This document shows positions 35,891-45,615 of a stretch of 64,000 nt of DNA, in pieces. Both the position numbers and the translations under genes were made by a program. Every line of letters begins with the position of its first letter. Position 1 is the stretch's first letter. Below the pieces are notes generated by a model. The model searched no databases. It saw only the letters and a program-made list of their open reading frames with translations, and was not told the origin of the DNA. This DNA is from Candidatus Binataceae bacterium (GTDB lineage: Bacteria; Desulfobacterota; Binatia; Binatales; Binataceae), in the NCBI GenBank assembly GCA_963722605.1, contig CAVRNO010000004.1, forward strand, positions 410,335-474,334, in the 5' to 3' direction.

Positions 35891-37551
35891 GCCTTCAGCT
35901 CCGTCGAAAGTGGAAGCACGATTCTTACGGTAGTTCCACCCTGGCCGTCGGGACCGGCCGCCTCACGGGTGCAGCTTTCCATCTCAAGTCGGCCCATGTG
36001 CTCCTCGATTATGCCGTAACTGATCGAAAGTCCGAGCCCGGTGCCCTCGCGTTTAGTGGTGAAAAACGGCTCGAATACCCGCGAACGGTTCTCCTCCGAT
36101 ATTCCAACGCCAGTGTCCTTGACCTCGATCGTCAGCGAATTGCCGGTGAGCTGTGCACTGACCGACAGGCGGCCTCCGCTTTCCATCGCCTGGGCGGCGT
36201 TAACGAACAGGTTGGTGAAAACCTGCACCATTCGCTCGGAGTCCCAGAAAACTTCGGGAAGGCCGGCTTCGATTCGGCGCTCAACGCTGATGCCGCGGAG
36301 TTCGATTTCATGCTCGGCCAGCCGCAACGCCTGATCGATCACATCCTCAGGCCTGCATAGCGCCTTGCGCAGGTCGTGGCGGCGCGAAAAAGCGCGCAAG
36401 TCCTCGATGATGCGCCTGCAACGGCCGGCATCTTCGTCGATCCTCTTAAGCTCACCGTAAAGCGGGGAGTCATGCCCGACCTCTTCGATCAGCAGGTTAG
36501 CGTTCATCAGGATGCCGGTCAGCGGGTTGTTGAGTTCATGGCACACGCCGCTGGCGAGCAACCCGAGCGAGGCGAGCTTCTCCGACTGGCGAAGCGCCTC
36601 GTCCTTTCGCTTCAGTTCCTCGGTCCGCCGCATGACGCGCTCCTCGAGGGTGCGGCTGTACCGGTTCAGCTGATCGCGATAGCGCTGTACCTCCTCCACC
36701 ATCGCGTTGAACGACAGGGCCAGTTCACCGATCTCGCCCAATCCGACCATCACTCGGTATCCCCAGTCTCCCGCCCTGACGCGGCGAGTGCCCTGGAGCA
36801 GACTCTGGATGGGGCGCGAGACCCGGTCCGCCAGGAAGGCCGCGATGCACGAGCCCATCACCACCACCGCAACGCTTACCAGGATCATCAGCGTCAATGC
36901 GCGCTCGCTCAGCGCCTGCGACTGTTCGCGCAAGACCGCGACCCGTTTGACCAGGATGTCCGCCATCGTCTGGAGTCGGTGACTTATCCCGGAAACCAGC
37001 AGGTCGACATCGTCCGCCTCGCCCGGGCGGGATGACTGTACGCTCGGGCCCGCGGCGTCGAAGACCTTGAGGCCTTTGATCCGGAGCCGCTCGAACTTGG
37101 GGCTGAGTGAAGCCGCCATCTCTTTGGTCGTCAACAGCGAGTTCCCGTGACAGGAGGCCGAGGCGCATGACGTGAGTTGCTGCTGTGCCGAATGCACCGC
37201 GCCCTCGAACTCCTGCGGGCCGCCGTCGCGCCGGTGCAGCAGGAAAGCCCCCACCGTCGCGTCTGCCCTAAAGAGTGCCAGTTGTATATGGTCGGTGGCC
37301 TCGAGCGACAGGCTGATTTCGTCGAGTTGGCGGTTGACGGCGACCAGCGAGCGGATCGAATAGATCGTGAAAAGCCCCAACAGGATCGTCCCTGGTATGG
37401 TGGCGATTAGGTAGCCTAGTATGAAACGGCGGGTCAGATTCCCCCTGCGGGCCTTATTCTGAAGCTCGCTCTGCGGCTTGGAATTGTCGTCGTGGTTGGT
37501 ATTGATCGGGCCCGCGCTGGAGACGAGCGCCGCTGGCGCGTCGGGAATCAC
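35887..37551 (-). CDS. membrane sensor histidine kinase (2 TM, periplasmic domain with CX4CH motif, HAMP, HisKA, HATPase)
   Basis: TM1 …FILGYLIATIPGTILLGLFTIYSI…, periplasmic ~150 aa including QLTSCASASCHGNS (nt ~37147-37170), TM2 …LTLMILVSVAVVVMGSCIAAFL…, then …SGVCHELNNPLTGI… H-box and N/G boxes. Confidence 0.85.
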   Translation of the reverse strand: MIPDAPAALVSSAGPINTNHDDNSKPQSELQNKARRGNLTRRFILGYLIATIPGTILLGLFTIYSIRSLVAVNRQLDEISLSLEATDHIQLALFRADATVGAFLLHRRDGGPQEFEGAVHSAQQQLTSCASASCHGNSLLTTKEMAASLSPKFERLRIKGLKVFDAAGPSVQSSRPGEADDVDLLVSGISHRLQTMADILVKRVAVLREQSQALSERALTLMILVSVAVVVMGSCIAAFLADRVSRPIQSLLQGTRRVRAGDWGYRVMVGLGEIGELALSFNAMVEEVQRYRDQLNRYSRTLEERVMRRTEELKRKDEALRQSEKLASLGLLASGVCHELNNPLTGILMNANLLIEEVGHDSPLYGELKRIDEDAGRCRRIIEDLRAFSRRHDLRKALCRPEDVIDQALRLAEHEIELRGISVERRIEAGLPEVFWDSERMVQVFTNLFVNAAQAMESGGRLSVSAQLTGNSLTIEVKDTGVGISEENRSRVFEPFFTTKREGTGLGLSISYGIIEEHMGRLEMESCTREAAGPDGQGGTTVRIVLPLSTELKA

Positions 37552-37966
37552 TCGCGCGCCCTAGAACTCGACCCGGATGGAGCTGTTGAATCGGAGCTGC
37601 AAAGTCCATTTTTGCGCCTCATCCACCAGCTGCCTCTTCCACACCACCTCAAGGCGCATCCAAACCCGCATCGATCAGGACTCTTCGAGGATCTTATCAA
37701 ATCGGTAGACGAATTCGAAAACGGAAATCCGGCTTAAGAAAATGCTTGGCCGCCCATAGGCAACCAAGCATACATAACCACTTACATGATTAGGCGATGC
37801 GCAGAGAAAATTCAAGCGGGCGGGCGCATGTCTAGTCGCCAGGGATGAATCGTGATGCTGCGAACCGAGCCCGGCCTTTTCGCCGCTCGGGGCCGTGCGC
37901 CCATTGTCAAAACTTGTTCGATGCAAGCGGGAGCGCATATACTCGAAATGGTCAGGTGATGTATCC

Positions 37967-39085
37967 ATGATGCCCTCGATTGACTTCGCGAAAGCGCCCT
38001 TTCTGGTTATCTGGGAAACGACTCAGGCGTGCGACCTCGCCTGCAGCCATTGCCGCGCCTCGGCTCAGCCGCTGCGCCATTGCGACGAGCTGAACACCGC
38101 GCAAGGCTTCGCGCTGCTTGCCGAGGCCGCCGCGATGGGCACTCCGGTGTTCATCCTGAGCGGTGGCGACCCGCTCAAACGCCCCGACCTGTTCGGCCTC
38201 GTGCGCGAGGGCAAGCGGCTCGGTCTGCGCATGGGAACCATCCCCGCGGCGACTCCGGCGCTGACTGCGGCCGTGGTCCGCCAGTTGAAGGAGGCGGGCC
38301 TGGACCAGATGGCGCTGAGCCTCGATTATCCGCGCGCTGACCTTCACGACGGTTTCCGCGGAGTGCCGGGGGCCTTCAAGAAGACCATGGCGGCCGTCGA
38401 ATGGGCGCGCGAATGCGGCCTGCCGCTGCAGATCAACACGACGCTGTGGGCTGGTTCGGCGCCGTTTCTGTCCGAGATGGCCGAGTTGGTCGAACGTCTT
38501 GGAGCGGTCTTCTGGGAGGTGTTCTTCCTGGTCCCGATGGGTCGCGGCGAGGCCCTCGACGGCGTCGCGGCAAGCCAGTGCGAGGAACTGTTCGCCGTCT
38601 TATACGCGGTTCAGAAAAAGTCCCACTTCGTCGTCAAGGTGACCGAGGCGCCCCACTACCGGCGCTTTGTTGCGCAACACGAGGCGGAAAGCACGGGCAA
38701 GCAGCACCAGGTCCACCCCGGCTCGGTCGCGATGCCCGACATGCTTCGCCGATCGGAAGGTCCCGGGCACACCGTCGGGCTTGCGCCTCACAGCGTCAAC
38801 GCCGGCAAGGGCTTTGTCTTCGTGTCCCACACCGGCGAGGTCTATCCGAGCGGATTCCTGCCGATTTCTGCCGGCAACGTGCGTGAGCAAAGCTTGACCG
38901 CAATTTATCGCGACTCCGAGCTCTTCCGCACGCTGCGCGATCCCGCCGCGCTGCATGGCCGATGCGGGCGGTGCGAGTATAGCTCCTTCTGCGGCGGCTC
39001 GCGCTCGCGCGCCTACGCGCTGACCGGCGACTTTCTCGCGACTGACCCGTGGTGCAACTACCAACCGGCCCGCTCCGCCGCCTAG
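37967..39085 (+). CDS. radical SAM / SPASM-domain protein (AhbC/AhbD/NirJ-like)
   Basis: MMPSIDFAKAPFLVIWETTQACDLACSHCRA… CxxxCxxC, C-terminal Cys-rich SPASM region …CGRCEYSSFCGGSRSRA…; TTGTTC-18-TATACT promoter at ~37913-37942. Confidence 0.7.
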   Translation: MMPSIDFAKAPFLVIWETTQACDLACSHCRASAQPLRHCDELNTAQGFALLAEAAAMGTPVFILSGGDPLKRPDLFGLVREGKRLGLRMGTIPAATPALTAAVVRQLKEAGLDQMALSLDYPRADLHDGFRGVPGAFKKTMAAVEWARECGLPLQINTTLWAGSAPFLSEMAELVERLGAVFWEVFFLVPMGRGEALDGVAASQCEELFAVLYAVQKKSHFVVKVTEAPHYRRFVAQHEAESTGKQHQVHPGSVAMPDMLRRSEGPGHTVGLAPHSVNAGKGFVFVSHTGEVYPSGFLPISAGNVREQSLTAIYRDSELFRTLRDPAALHGRCGRCEYSSFCGGSRSRAYALTGDFLATDPWCNYQPARSAA

Positions 39086-39140
39086 CCAGGCGCTGCTGCT
39101 CGAAAAAACCCTGATCGGATGGGCCGCGGGCCCCGCCCGG

Positions 39141-40874
39141 CTAGCCCTTGCGAAGCGCAGCCGCGGCGCGGCTCGGCTCGATCGCGCCGTAGCATACGAT
39201 TGGCTCGAACAGCTCGAGTATCGTGCGGTCGTCCGACAGCAGGCCGCGCATCGGATGGTGCCCGAGATGCGTTTCGGCGAACAGATGGGCGATCACTGCC
39301 TTGCGCGCGCTGCCGGAAGTGCTGAGCTCGAAGGCGGCCTCCTCCAGCAGCAAGGCGGCTGAGGCGGCGTCGGCAAGATAGTTGCCGAAGACTCGCGCGC
39401 GCAATTGCGCCACCTCGCGATCGACACGCGACAGATGCGCCAGCGCCTCGCGCACTTCGCCGAGCGCGCCCACCACCTTCTCGCGCGTGGCTGCAAGCAG
39501 ATTGCCCGCCGCCTCGGCGCGCTCGCCGAGCGCGGCGAACGCGGCCTGCATCACCTGCTCGCTGCGCAGCGCGCGCAGGATGTCGAGGCAGATGATGTTC
39601 TCGGTGCCCTCCCAGATCGTGTTGCTCTGCGCATCGCGCAACTGGCGCGCGAGCGGCCAGTTCTCCACATAACCGTTTCCCCCATGCACTTCGACCGCCT
39701 GCGACGCGAACTCGATCCCGCGCCGGCTGGCGCGCAGCTTCGCCACCGGCACCAGCAGCCGCGCGAGCGCCTTGTTGTCCGAGACCGAGGCGAATACCAG
39801 CGCCGCGGCGGCCTCCAGCTCGACCGTCATCCCTACCAGCATCTCGCGCATCATCGGCAGATCGCGAAGTGCGCGGCCGAACGCGCGGCGCTGCCAGGAG
39901 AAGATCGCGGACTCGAGGAACGAGCGGCGCATGATGCCAAGGCCCATCACGGCGATGCCGACTCGCGACTCGTCCACCATCTCCATCATGCGGTTGATCC
40001 CTTGACCGTCGGTCGCCGTGCCGCCGCTGCCCGCGAGCAGCGACGCTTCGGCCTCGACGAAATCGACTTCGGCGGTGGGCACCGCGCGGGTGCCGAGCTT
40101 GTCCTTCAGGCGGCGAATCGCGATGCCGTTGCGGGAGCCGTCGCGCCGGATGCGCGGCACCAGGAACAGCGCCACTCCGCGCAGTCCGTCGGCGCCGCCC
40201 TCGGGACGGGCCAGCGTCGCAATCGCGCTCGCATCGACATTCGAGCAGAACCACTTGGAGCCGTTCAGGATCCAGCGATCGCCGTCGCGCCGCGCGACGG
40301 TGGTCAGCGTGGCCAGGTCGGAGCCGCCGGTTTTCTCGGTCATGAACATCGCGCCGTCCCAGGCGTCGTCGAAGTGCTCGGCGGTGAGATGCGGCATGAA
40401 CTCGCGCTGCACCTCGGCCGGCGCGAAGCGGCGCACCAGGCCGATCACCCCGCTGGTCATGCCGACCGCGCACAGCATCCCAATCTCGGCCTGCGATAGC
40501 ATGTACTTGAGCGCGGTCGGGACTCCTTCGTGCAGATGGCGGCCGCGCCGCTGCGCTTCGTTGTACAGGCGTGGGCCGCTTACTCCCGCTTCCCAGAGAT
40601 CGCGCTTGGTGGCGAGCGCGCCCGGATGGTGGCGCACTTCGTCGAGCGGATCGCCCCATCGATCGAACTTTACCAGTTCGGGTGAATGCTTGTCGGTGAC
40701 CTCGGCGCGCGCGGCGACCGGACCGCCGCACAGCGCCCCGATCTTGCGCAGCTCCGGCTCCAGCCATTCGAAGTCGGCGGGGTCGAGCATCCGGCGCATC
40801 AGAAATTGCAGGTTGGGATCGATCTCGTACCAGTTAAGTCCGATTGCGCTCTGGAATTCTGCGTAGTCAATCAT
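39141..40874 (-). CDS. AidB-like acyl-CoA dehydrogenase family protein
   Basis: Starts MIDYAEFQSAIGLNWYEIDP… (ATG 40874); the ORF track also offers TTG at 40940. ~575 aa with the ACAD middle and C-terminal domains (…GGSDLATLTTVARRDGDRWILNGSKWFCSN…). Confidence 0.7.
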   Translation of the reverse strand: MIDYAEFQSAIGLNWYEIDPNLQFLMRRMLDPADFEWLEPELRKIGALCGGPVAARAEVTDKHSPELVKFDRWGDPLDEVRHHPGALATKRDLWEAGVSGPRLYNEAQRRGRHLHEGVPTALKYMLSQAEIGMLCAVGMTSGVIGLVRRFAPAEVQREFMPHLTAEHFDDAWDGAMFMTEKTGGSDLATLTTVARRDGDRWILNGSKWFCSNVDASAIATLARPEGGADGLRGVALFLVPRIRRDGSRNGIAIRRLKDKLGTRAVPTAEVDFVEAEASLLAGSGGTATDGQGINRMMEMVDESRVGIAVMGLGIMRRSFLESAIFSWQRRAFGRALRDLPMMREMLVGMTVELEAAAALVFASVSDNKALARLLVPVAKLRASRRGIEFASQAVEVHGGNGYVENWPLARQLRDAQSNTIWEGTENIICLDILRALRSEQVMQAAFAALGERAEAAGNLLAATREKVVGALGEVREALAHLSRVDREVAQLRARVFGNYLADAASAALLLEEAAFELSTSGSARKAVIAHLFAETHLGHHPMRGLLSDDRTILELFEPIVCYGAIEPSRAAAALRKG

Positions 40875-40998
40875 GGCCGGCTCTCCTGCTGCGGCAAGGC
40901 GCCAGAGATTCGAGGCATGGGCCCGCCGCGCTCGATTCAAAAGTTACTCGCGCGCATGCAAACTGTCTAATGGAGCGCGGGATTCTCCGCGCCGGCGC

Positions 40999-41772
40999 CT
41001 ACTTCTGGAACTTGCGAAAATCCGGCGTCCGCCGCTCCATGAATGCGTTGCGTCCTTCCATCGATTCTTCGGTGCGGTAGTACAGCCCGAGCGAAATTGC
41101 GCCCATCGCTCCGATTCCTTTGATATGGTCGGTTTCGGCGTTGAACGAAGCCTTCGCGATCCTGATCGCGGTCGGGCTCAAGGCGAGCATCTCGCGCGCC
41201 CAGGCCCGCGCCTCGTCCATCAATTGCGCCGCCGGCACCACCTTGTTGACCAGCCCCATCTCCAGAGCTTCATCCGCCGAATACTGGCGGCACAGGTACC
41301 AAATCTCGCGCGCCTTTTTCTCGCCGACCAGGCGCGTCAGGTAGGCCGTGCCGAACCCGGGATCGACGCTGCCAACCCGCGGGCCAACCTGGCCGAAGCG
41401 CGCGGTATCGGCCGCGATCGAAAGGTCGCAGATTATATGGAGGACGTGTCCTCCGCCGATTGCGTAGCCGTTGACCGCGGCGATAACCGGCTTGGGGATG
41501 TCGCGGATCACTTCGTGCAGCTCCTCGACGTTCATCCCGCCGCGATAGCCTGTGCCACTGCGCGCCGCCTGGTCACCGCCAGAGCTAAACGCGCGGTCCC
41601 CAGCTCCGGTCAGAATCACCACCCCTACTGAACGGTCTCGCCAGGCGTCCCTGAAAGCCTCCACCATCTCGTCCACGGTTTGACCGCGAAACGCGTTACG
41701 GACTTCCGGACGGTTCATCGTGACGGTGGCGATCCCGTCCTGCTTCTCGTAGATGATGTCCTGAAACGCCAT
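40999..41772 (-). CDS. menB: 1,4-dihydroxy-2-naphthoyl-CoA synthase
   Basis: Crotonase fold with the MenB-specific …RAFSSGGDQAARSGTGYRGG… and C-terminal …RTPDFRKFQK. Confidence 0.8.
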   Translation of the reverse strand: MAFQDIIYEKQDGIATVTMNRPEVRNAFRGQTVDEMVEAFRDAWRDRSVGVVILTGAGDRAFSSGGDQAARSGTGYRGGMNVEELHEVIRDIPKPVIAAVNGYAIGGGHVLHIICDLSIAADTARFGQVGPRVGSVDPGFGTAYLTRLVGEKKAREIWYLCRQYSADEALEMGLVNKVVPAAQLMDEARAWAREMLALSPTAIRIAKASFNAETDHIKGIGAMGAISLGLYYRTEESMEGRNAFMERRTPDFRKFQK

Positions 41773-41801
41773 CTTCGTCTCCTTCGGCTGCGGCGCCGGG
41801 C

Positions 41802-42746
41802 CTAGCGGGCGAAGGCCGCCCTCAAGGCCTCGGCGGCTTGGCGCTCGCCCTCTTTGCCTTTGTCGAGCAGGTCGGCGAAGCTGACAAAGGCGTGGGTCAC
41901 GCCTTCATACCGGGTGCAGGTCGCTTTGACCCCGGCGGCGATCAGGCGCTCGGCGAACCTCTCGCCTTCGTCGCGCAGCGGGTCGTGGCTGGCAGTCAGG
42001 ACGAGCGCGGGCGGCAGGCCCTTCAAGTTCTTCGCCCGCATCGGACAGGCGTAGGGGTTATTTTTTTCCGTGCCGGGATCGCAGTAATTTTTCCAGAACC
42101 ATTCCATGTCGGCGCGCGACAGCGCGAAGCCGTCTTCGGCGAATTCCTTCTGCGAGGGAGTGTCGAGCGCGCAATCGGTGACCGGATAAAGCAGCAACTG
42201 GAATTTGATCGCGGGTCCGCCGCGATCCCGCGCCATCATCGAGACCACTGCCGCCAGGTTTCCACCCGCGCTGTCGCCGCCCACCGCTATCCGCGCCGGG
42301 TCAGCGCCAATCGCGGCCGCGTTTTCGGCTATCCACTTTGTCGCCGCGTAGCAATCTTCGGCGCCGGCCGGAAAAACGTGCTCGGGCGCGAGCCGGTAAT
42401 CGACCGACACCACCACGCATCCCGCGCCGTTGGCGAGCCCGCGGCAGAGATGGTCGTGACTGTCCAAATCTCCCAGCATCCATCCGCCGCCGTGGAAATA
42501 GGCCAGCACCCCCATCGGCGGGCTGCCCTCGGGGGTGTAAATCCGTGCCGCGATCGGACCGTCGGCGCCCGCAATCTGGCGGTCCTCGACGCGATAGATC
42601 GGGGGCGCCGGCGTCGGATTCGACTCGACCAGCGCGCGCAGCTTGGCCCGCGCCTGCTCGGCGGTTTCCGCGCGCAGGAACATCGGGCCCGCCGCGTTGA
42701 CCATGTCCAGGAGCATTTTCATCTGGGGATCGAGGGCGGTGGCCAT
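41802..42746 (-). CDS. alpha/beta-hydrolase, HSL-family esterase/lipase
   Basis: HGGGW oxyanion motif, GDSAGGNL nucleophile elbow, DPLRDEG…H catalytic residues. Confidence 0.8.
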   Translation of the reverse strand: MATALDPQMKMLLDMVNAAGPMFLRAETAEQARAKLRALVESNPTPAPPIYRVEDRQIAGADGPIAARIYTPEGSPPMGVLAYFHGGGWMLGDLDSHDHLCRGLANGAGCVVVSVDYRLAPEHVFPAGAEDCYAATKWIAENAAAIGADPARIAVGGDSAGGNLAAVVSMMARDRGGPAIKFQLLLYPVTDCALDTPSQKEFAEDGFALSRADMEWFWKNYCDPGTEKNNPYACPMRAKNLKGLPPALVLTASHDPLRDEGERFAERLIAAGVKATCTRYEGVTHAFVSFADLLDKGKEGERQAAEALRAAFAR

Positions 42747-42860
42747 GCAAAAACTCCTCCTGGACCGCGCGTGTTTGACCGTGCTCGGCGACGGTCCAGA
42801 GCTCAGCGAGATACTTAAGTTAGGCGAGGCCGAGACGCAAGCGCCGCCGCGCGCGCGGCG

Positions 42861-43616
42861 CTAATTCTCGAAGCGATGAAAGTCCGCCCGCCAATGCGCG
42901 CGGAACCAGGGCTCGCCGTCGCGCGTGCCGTACACGTCGGCGTTGACGATCATCTCGTCGCCGGCGATCCGGCAGTCGAGATTGGTGGTTTCGTCAACCG
43001 CAAACGTTGGAGACAAGCCGTCGGCGCGAGTTTTGTACTCGTCGAAATCCAGGCGCGAGCGCATCGCGGCGTAAGCGCGGCCGTCGGTCGTGATCGCCGT
43101 CACGTTGCCATGCGGATTGATAATCTTCTCGCTCGGCGCGACGCCGGTCTCGGTGAACGTGAGCGTGAACGGCCGATCGCCGACGCGCTTGTAGCACAGC
43201 CGGTAGGTCTTCGGCGTCCAGAAACCTATCTTGTGCGCACCCGGTTCGCGCCTGATCCAATCGAGTTGATTCACCTGTCCGTTCCAGCATCCGCGGAACA
43301 CCGCCGGCAAAGCAGGAAGCGTTTGCGCCGTCATCGGCGCGGCGTTCACGGGAGGATGCGGGGGCGATTGCGCGGGTGGGAGCGGCGCGGGTGCGGGCTT
43401 CCACAACTCCTGCGGCAGCAGTTGAATCGAGTCGCCGTTATCGGCCCCCGACGGCGCCCACGTGGCCGCTGGCGGCGCCGGACGCGGGGGAATATTCGGC
43501 TGATTCTGCTGCGCGGGTCCGGGAACCTCCAGGGTCGCTTGCGCGCGGGCGGATCGAGTCCCACTCGAAGCAAGTGCGCACGCGAGCGCAAACAGTATGA
43601 GAATACGACTCCGCAT
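42861..43616 (-). CDS. secreted protein of unknown function with Pro-rich linker
   Basis: Start trimmed to the signal peptide MRSRILILFALACALASSGTRSARA; PAPPAATWAPS…PAPAPLPPAQSPPHPP linker then a ~150 aa globular domain. Confidence 0.5.
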   Translation of the reverse strand: MRSRILILFALACALASSGTRSARAQATLEVPGPAQQNQPNIPPRPAPPAATWAPSGADNGDSIQLLPQELWKPAPAPLPPAQSPPHPPVNAAPMTAQTLPALPAVFRGCWNGQVNQLDWIRREPGAHKIGFWTPKTYRLCYKRVGDRPFTLTFTETGVAPSEKIINPHGNVTAITTDGRAYAAMRSRLDFDEYKTRADGLSPTFAVDETTNLDCRIAGDEMIVNADVYGTRDGEPWFRAHWRADFHRFEN

Positions 43617-43760
43617 CGAGCATCTCACTGGTATTCTACTATACTCGAACGCCTCTCGAATGGCGCGGCTGTTGGCGGCTGCGGCGTAGATTGATCGCGA
43701 ATCGACAGCTACCATCGAGAAAAGTTCGCAGGATTTTCCGATCAATACCAACCAAGAAAA

Positions 43761-44492
43761 ATGAGCGATCAAACTGTCAATTTCGAATCCGCGTGGGCTG
43801 CGATGCATCCGCCCGCGACCAGGCGCCGTGCCCAGGCTTATCGATTGGCCGCCGCGATGCGCCGCGTGATCGACCATCTGGTGCAGGTCGCCGCGCCCGA
43901 GGAAGACTTGTCAGCCGCCGCCGACGCGTTGGAGCGCTACGCCCGGCGCTTGTCGAAATATCCGATCTCGCGCAGCTACGAGGGCTTTGCCGAGAGCGCC
44001 AACGCCGGCGACCCGCACGCCTTCTTCGATCACAGCCCGTTGATTGGAATGGCAAATCCGCTTGCGCCGCCGATTCGGATGGCCGTGCTCGGCGACAAGG
44101 TCGAGGGCCGCGGGACGTTCGGCGTCGCATACGAAGGGCCTCCGGGACACGTGCACGGAGGATTTCTCGCCGCCGCCTTCGACGAAGTGCTCGGGATGGC
44201 GCAGTCGCTCACCGGCAATCCCGGCATGACCGGGACGCTTACGATTCGTTACCGCCGCCCGACGCCCTTGCTGACCGAGCTCACCTTCGAGGCCTACGTC
44301 GATCGCGTCGAGGGGCGCAAGATATTCACCCACGGAACCTTGTCGGCCAACGGCCTGCTGACGGCGGAAGCCGACGGACTGTTCATCGCAGTCGGGCAGG
44401 AGCGCTTCGCCGCGATGGCGGCGCTGGTCACAGCGCGCGCCGATTCGGCGAATAAGAAGAAATCCGCGGGAAAGACCGCGCCCGAGAAGTAA
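43761..44492 (+). CDS. hotdog-fold (PaaI/YbgC-like) thioesterase
   Basis: …GTFGVAYEGPPGHVHGGFLAAAFDEVLGMAQSLTG…MTGTLTIRYRRP… 4HBT-type motif. Confidence 0.65.
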   Translation: MSDQTVNFESAWAAMHPPATRRRAQAYRLAAAMRRVIDHLVQVAAPEEDLSAAADALERYARRLSKYPISRSYEGFAESANAGDPHAFFDHSPLIGMANPLAPPIRMAVLGDKVEGRGTFGVAYEGPPGHVHGGFLAAAFDEVLGMAQSLTGNPGMTGTLTIRYRRPTPLLTELTFEAYVDRVEGRKIFTHGTLSANGLLTAEADGLFIAVGQERFAAMAALVTARADSANKKKSAGKTAPEK

Positions 44493-44519
44493 GGGTCGCC
44501 CGGTTCGATCGGCGACAGG

Positions 44520-44954
44520 CTACTTGCAGCTCACGTTCTTGACTACGCGGCGGCCCTCCCCGCCGAAGCGAACGTTGCGCTCGTAGGTGACATCGCATCG
44601 CGAGACATCCGCCGGCAACCGCCGGGAGATCTGCGCCGTGGTGTTCGCATACTCGCACTGCAGCCAGTAACCGCGGTCACTTTTGGCCAAACTCCAGGTC
44701 TGGACCACGATCTCGCTGGTCGTTTGCTCGCGATCGGGCACGAGCGACGCCTGCTCGGCGGGTGGGCCCTCGAAGATGGTGACGCCCGCAAGCGCAGTAT
44801 TGTAGCCGGAGTAAGCAACGGTCCATTCCGGCGCCGGCGCCGCCGTTTTCTGTTCGACCACCAGGGCGGGAGGACAAGTCGCCTGCGCGCACGCGAGATG
44901 CGGCGCCGCAATCGCGCATGCGAACGCAATCAGGGTGATCATAATTTGCTTCAT
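44520..44954 (-). CDS. secreted hypothetical protein
   Basis: Start trimmed to MKQIMITLIAFACAIAAPHLACAQA; 144 aa, four Cys. Confidence 0.5.
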   Translation of the reverse strand: MKQIMITLIAFACAIAAPHLACAQATCPPALVVEQKTAAPAPEWTVAYSGYNTALAGVTIFEGPPAEQASLVPDREQTTSEIVVQTWSLAKSDRGYWLQCEYANTTAQISRRLPADVSRCDVTYERNVRFGGEGRRVVKNVSCK

Positions 44955-45105
44955 TTTGTACCTCCCCGGCCTGGGCGCAAGTTTAGAACGCGGCGCGAGG
45001 AAAAACGAGTGCGGGACGGAGCACGAAGACAATTCGCACTCCGCCCCGCAGAAAAGGCAAGTCGCTTGCGGCGCCGGCGCCGGATTCAGGCGCGGCCGGC
45101 CGGGA

Positions 45106-45216
45106 TTACTGCTCGGCCTTTGGGCTCTTGTAGTAGGGCCTGGCGGGACCCGCGATTATCACAATCGCAATAACCAATCCCGCCACCAAAGATATTGCTT
45201 CCATCATCATGATCAT
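45106..45216 (-). CDS. 36-aa single-TM peptide
   Basis: MIMMMEAISLVAGLVIAIVIIAGPARPYYKSPKAEQ with GGGAGGGAG RBS 8 nt upstream; below the ORF-track size cut-off. Confidence 0.45.
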   Translation of the reverse strand: MIMMMEAISLVAGLVIAIVIIAGPARPYYKSPKAEQ

Positions 45217-45441
45217 GTTGCTAACTCACTCCCTCCCGCCGAGCTCGCGGCCGAGCTGCGCAGCGCAATCTCAGGTCGGTTGTTCACGGCTCGTCCATCC
45301 GCACGTGCGAGGTGCTCATGCGCGTGGCGTGCCGCGATGCGCGCATCTGTCGAGGAAGTAACTCAAGAACGCTTCGGGAAGCCGATCGAAGTTGATTCGC
45401 TTGACCGGGTCCTTCCCGAGCGTGGTATGCGATGCGTCGAT

Positions 45442-45615
45442 TTACAGGCCCATGAACGAGAGCACGATATACGCCAGCGTCAGGAATGCGAACGTCACAC
45501 CGGGCAATTCGCTGAGCATACTGTTTTGCGCGATACGAACCGCCGCAGCAGTCTCGGTCTGCTCCCTTACCTGCTGAAAGCCTGCGAGTCTCCGATCAAC
45601 TGTGGTAGCAGCCAT
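45442..45615 (-). CDS. 57-aa tail-anchored small membrane protein
   Basis: MAATTVDRRLAGFQQVREQTETAAAVRIAQNSMLSELPGVTFAFLTLAYIVLSFMGL with AGGAGGTGA RBS 4-5 nt before the ATG. Confidence 0.45.
   Translation of the reverse strand: MAATTVDRRLAGFQQVREQTETAAAVRIAQNSMLSELPGVTFAFLTLAYIVLSFMGL

Noticed and set aside
39082-40767. 561-aa minus ORF (and 39405..40499 plus), Arg/Gly-rich
   Set aside because: Alternative frames and antisense of the AidB-like acyl-CoA dehydrogenase gene (39141..40874).
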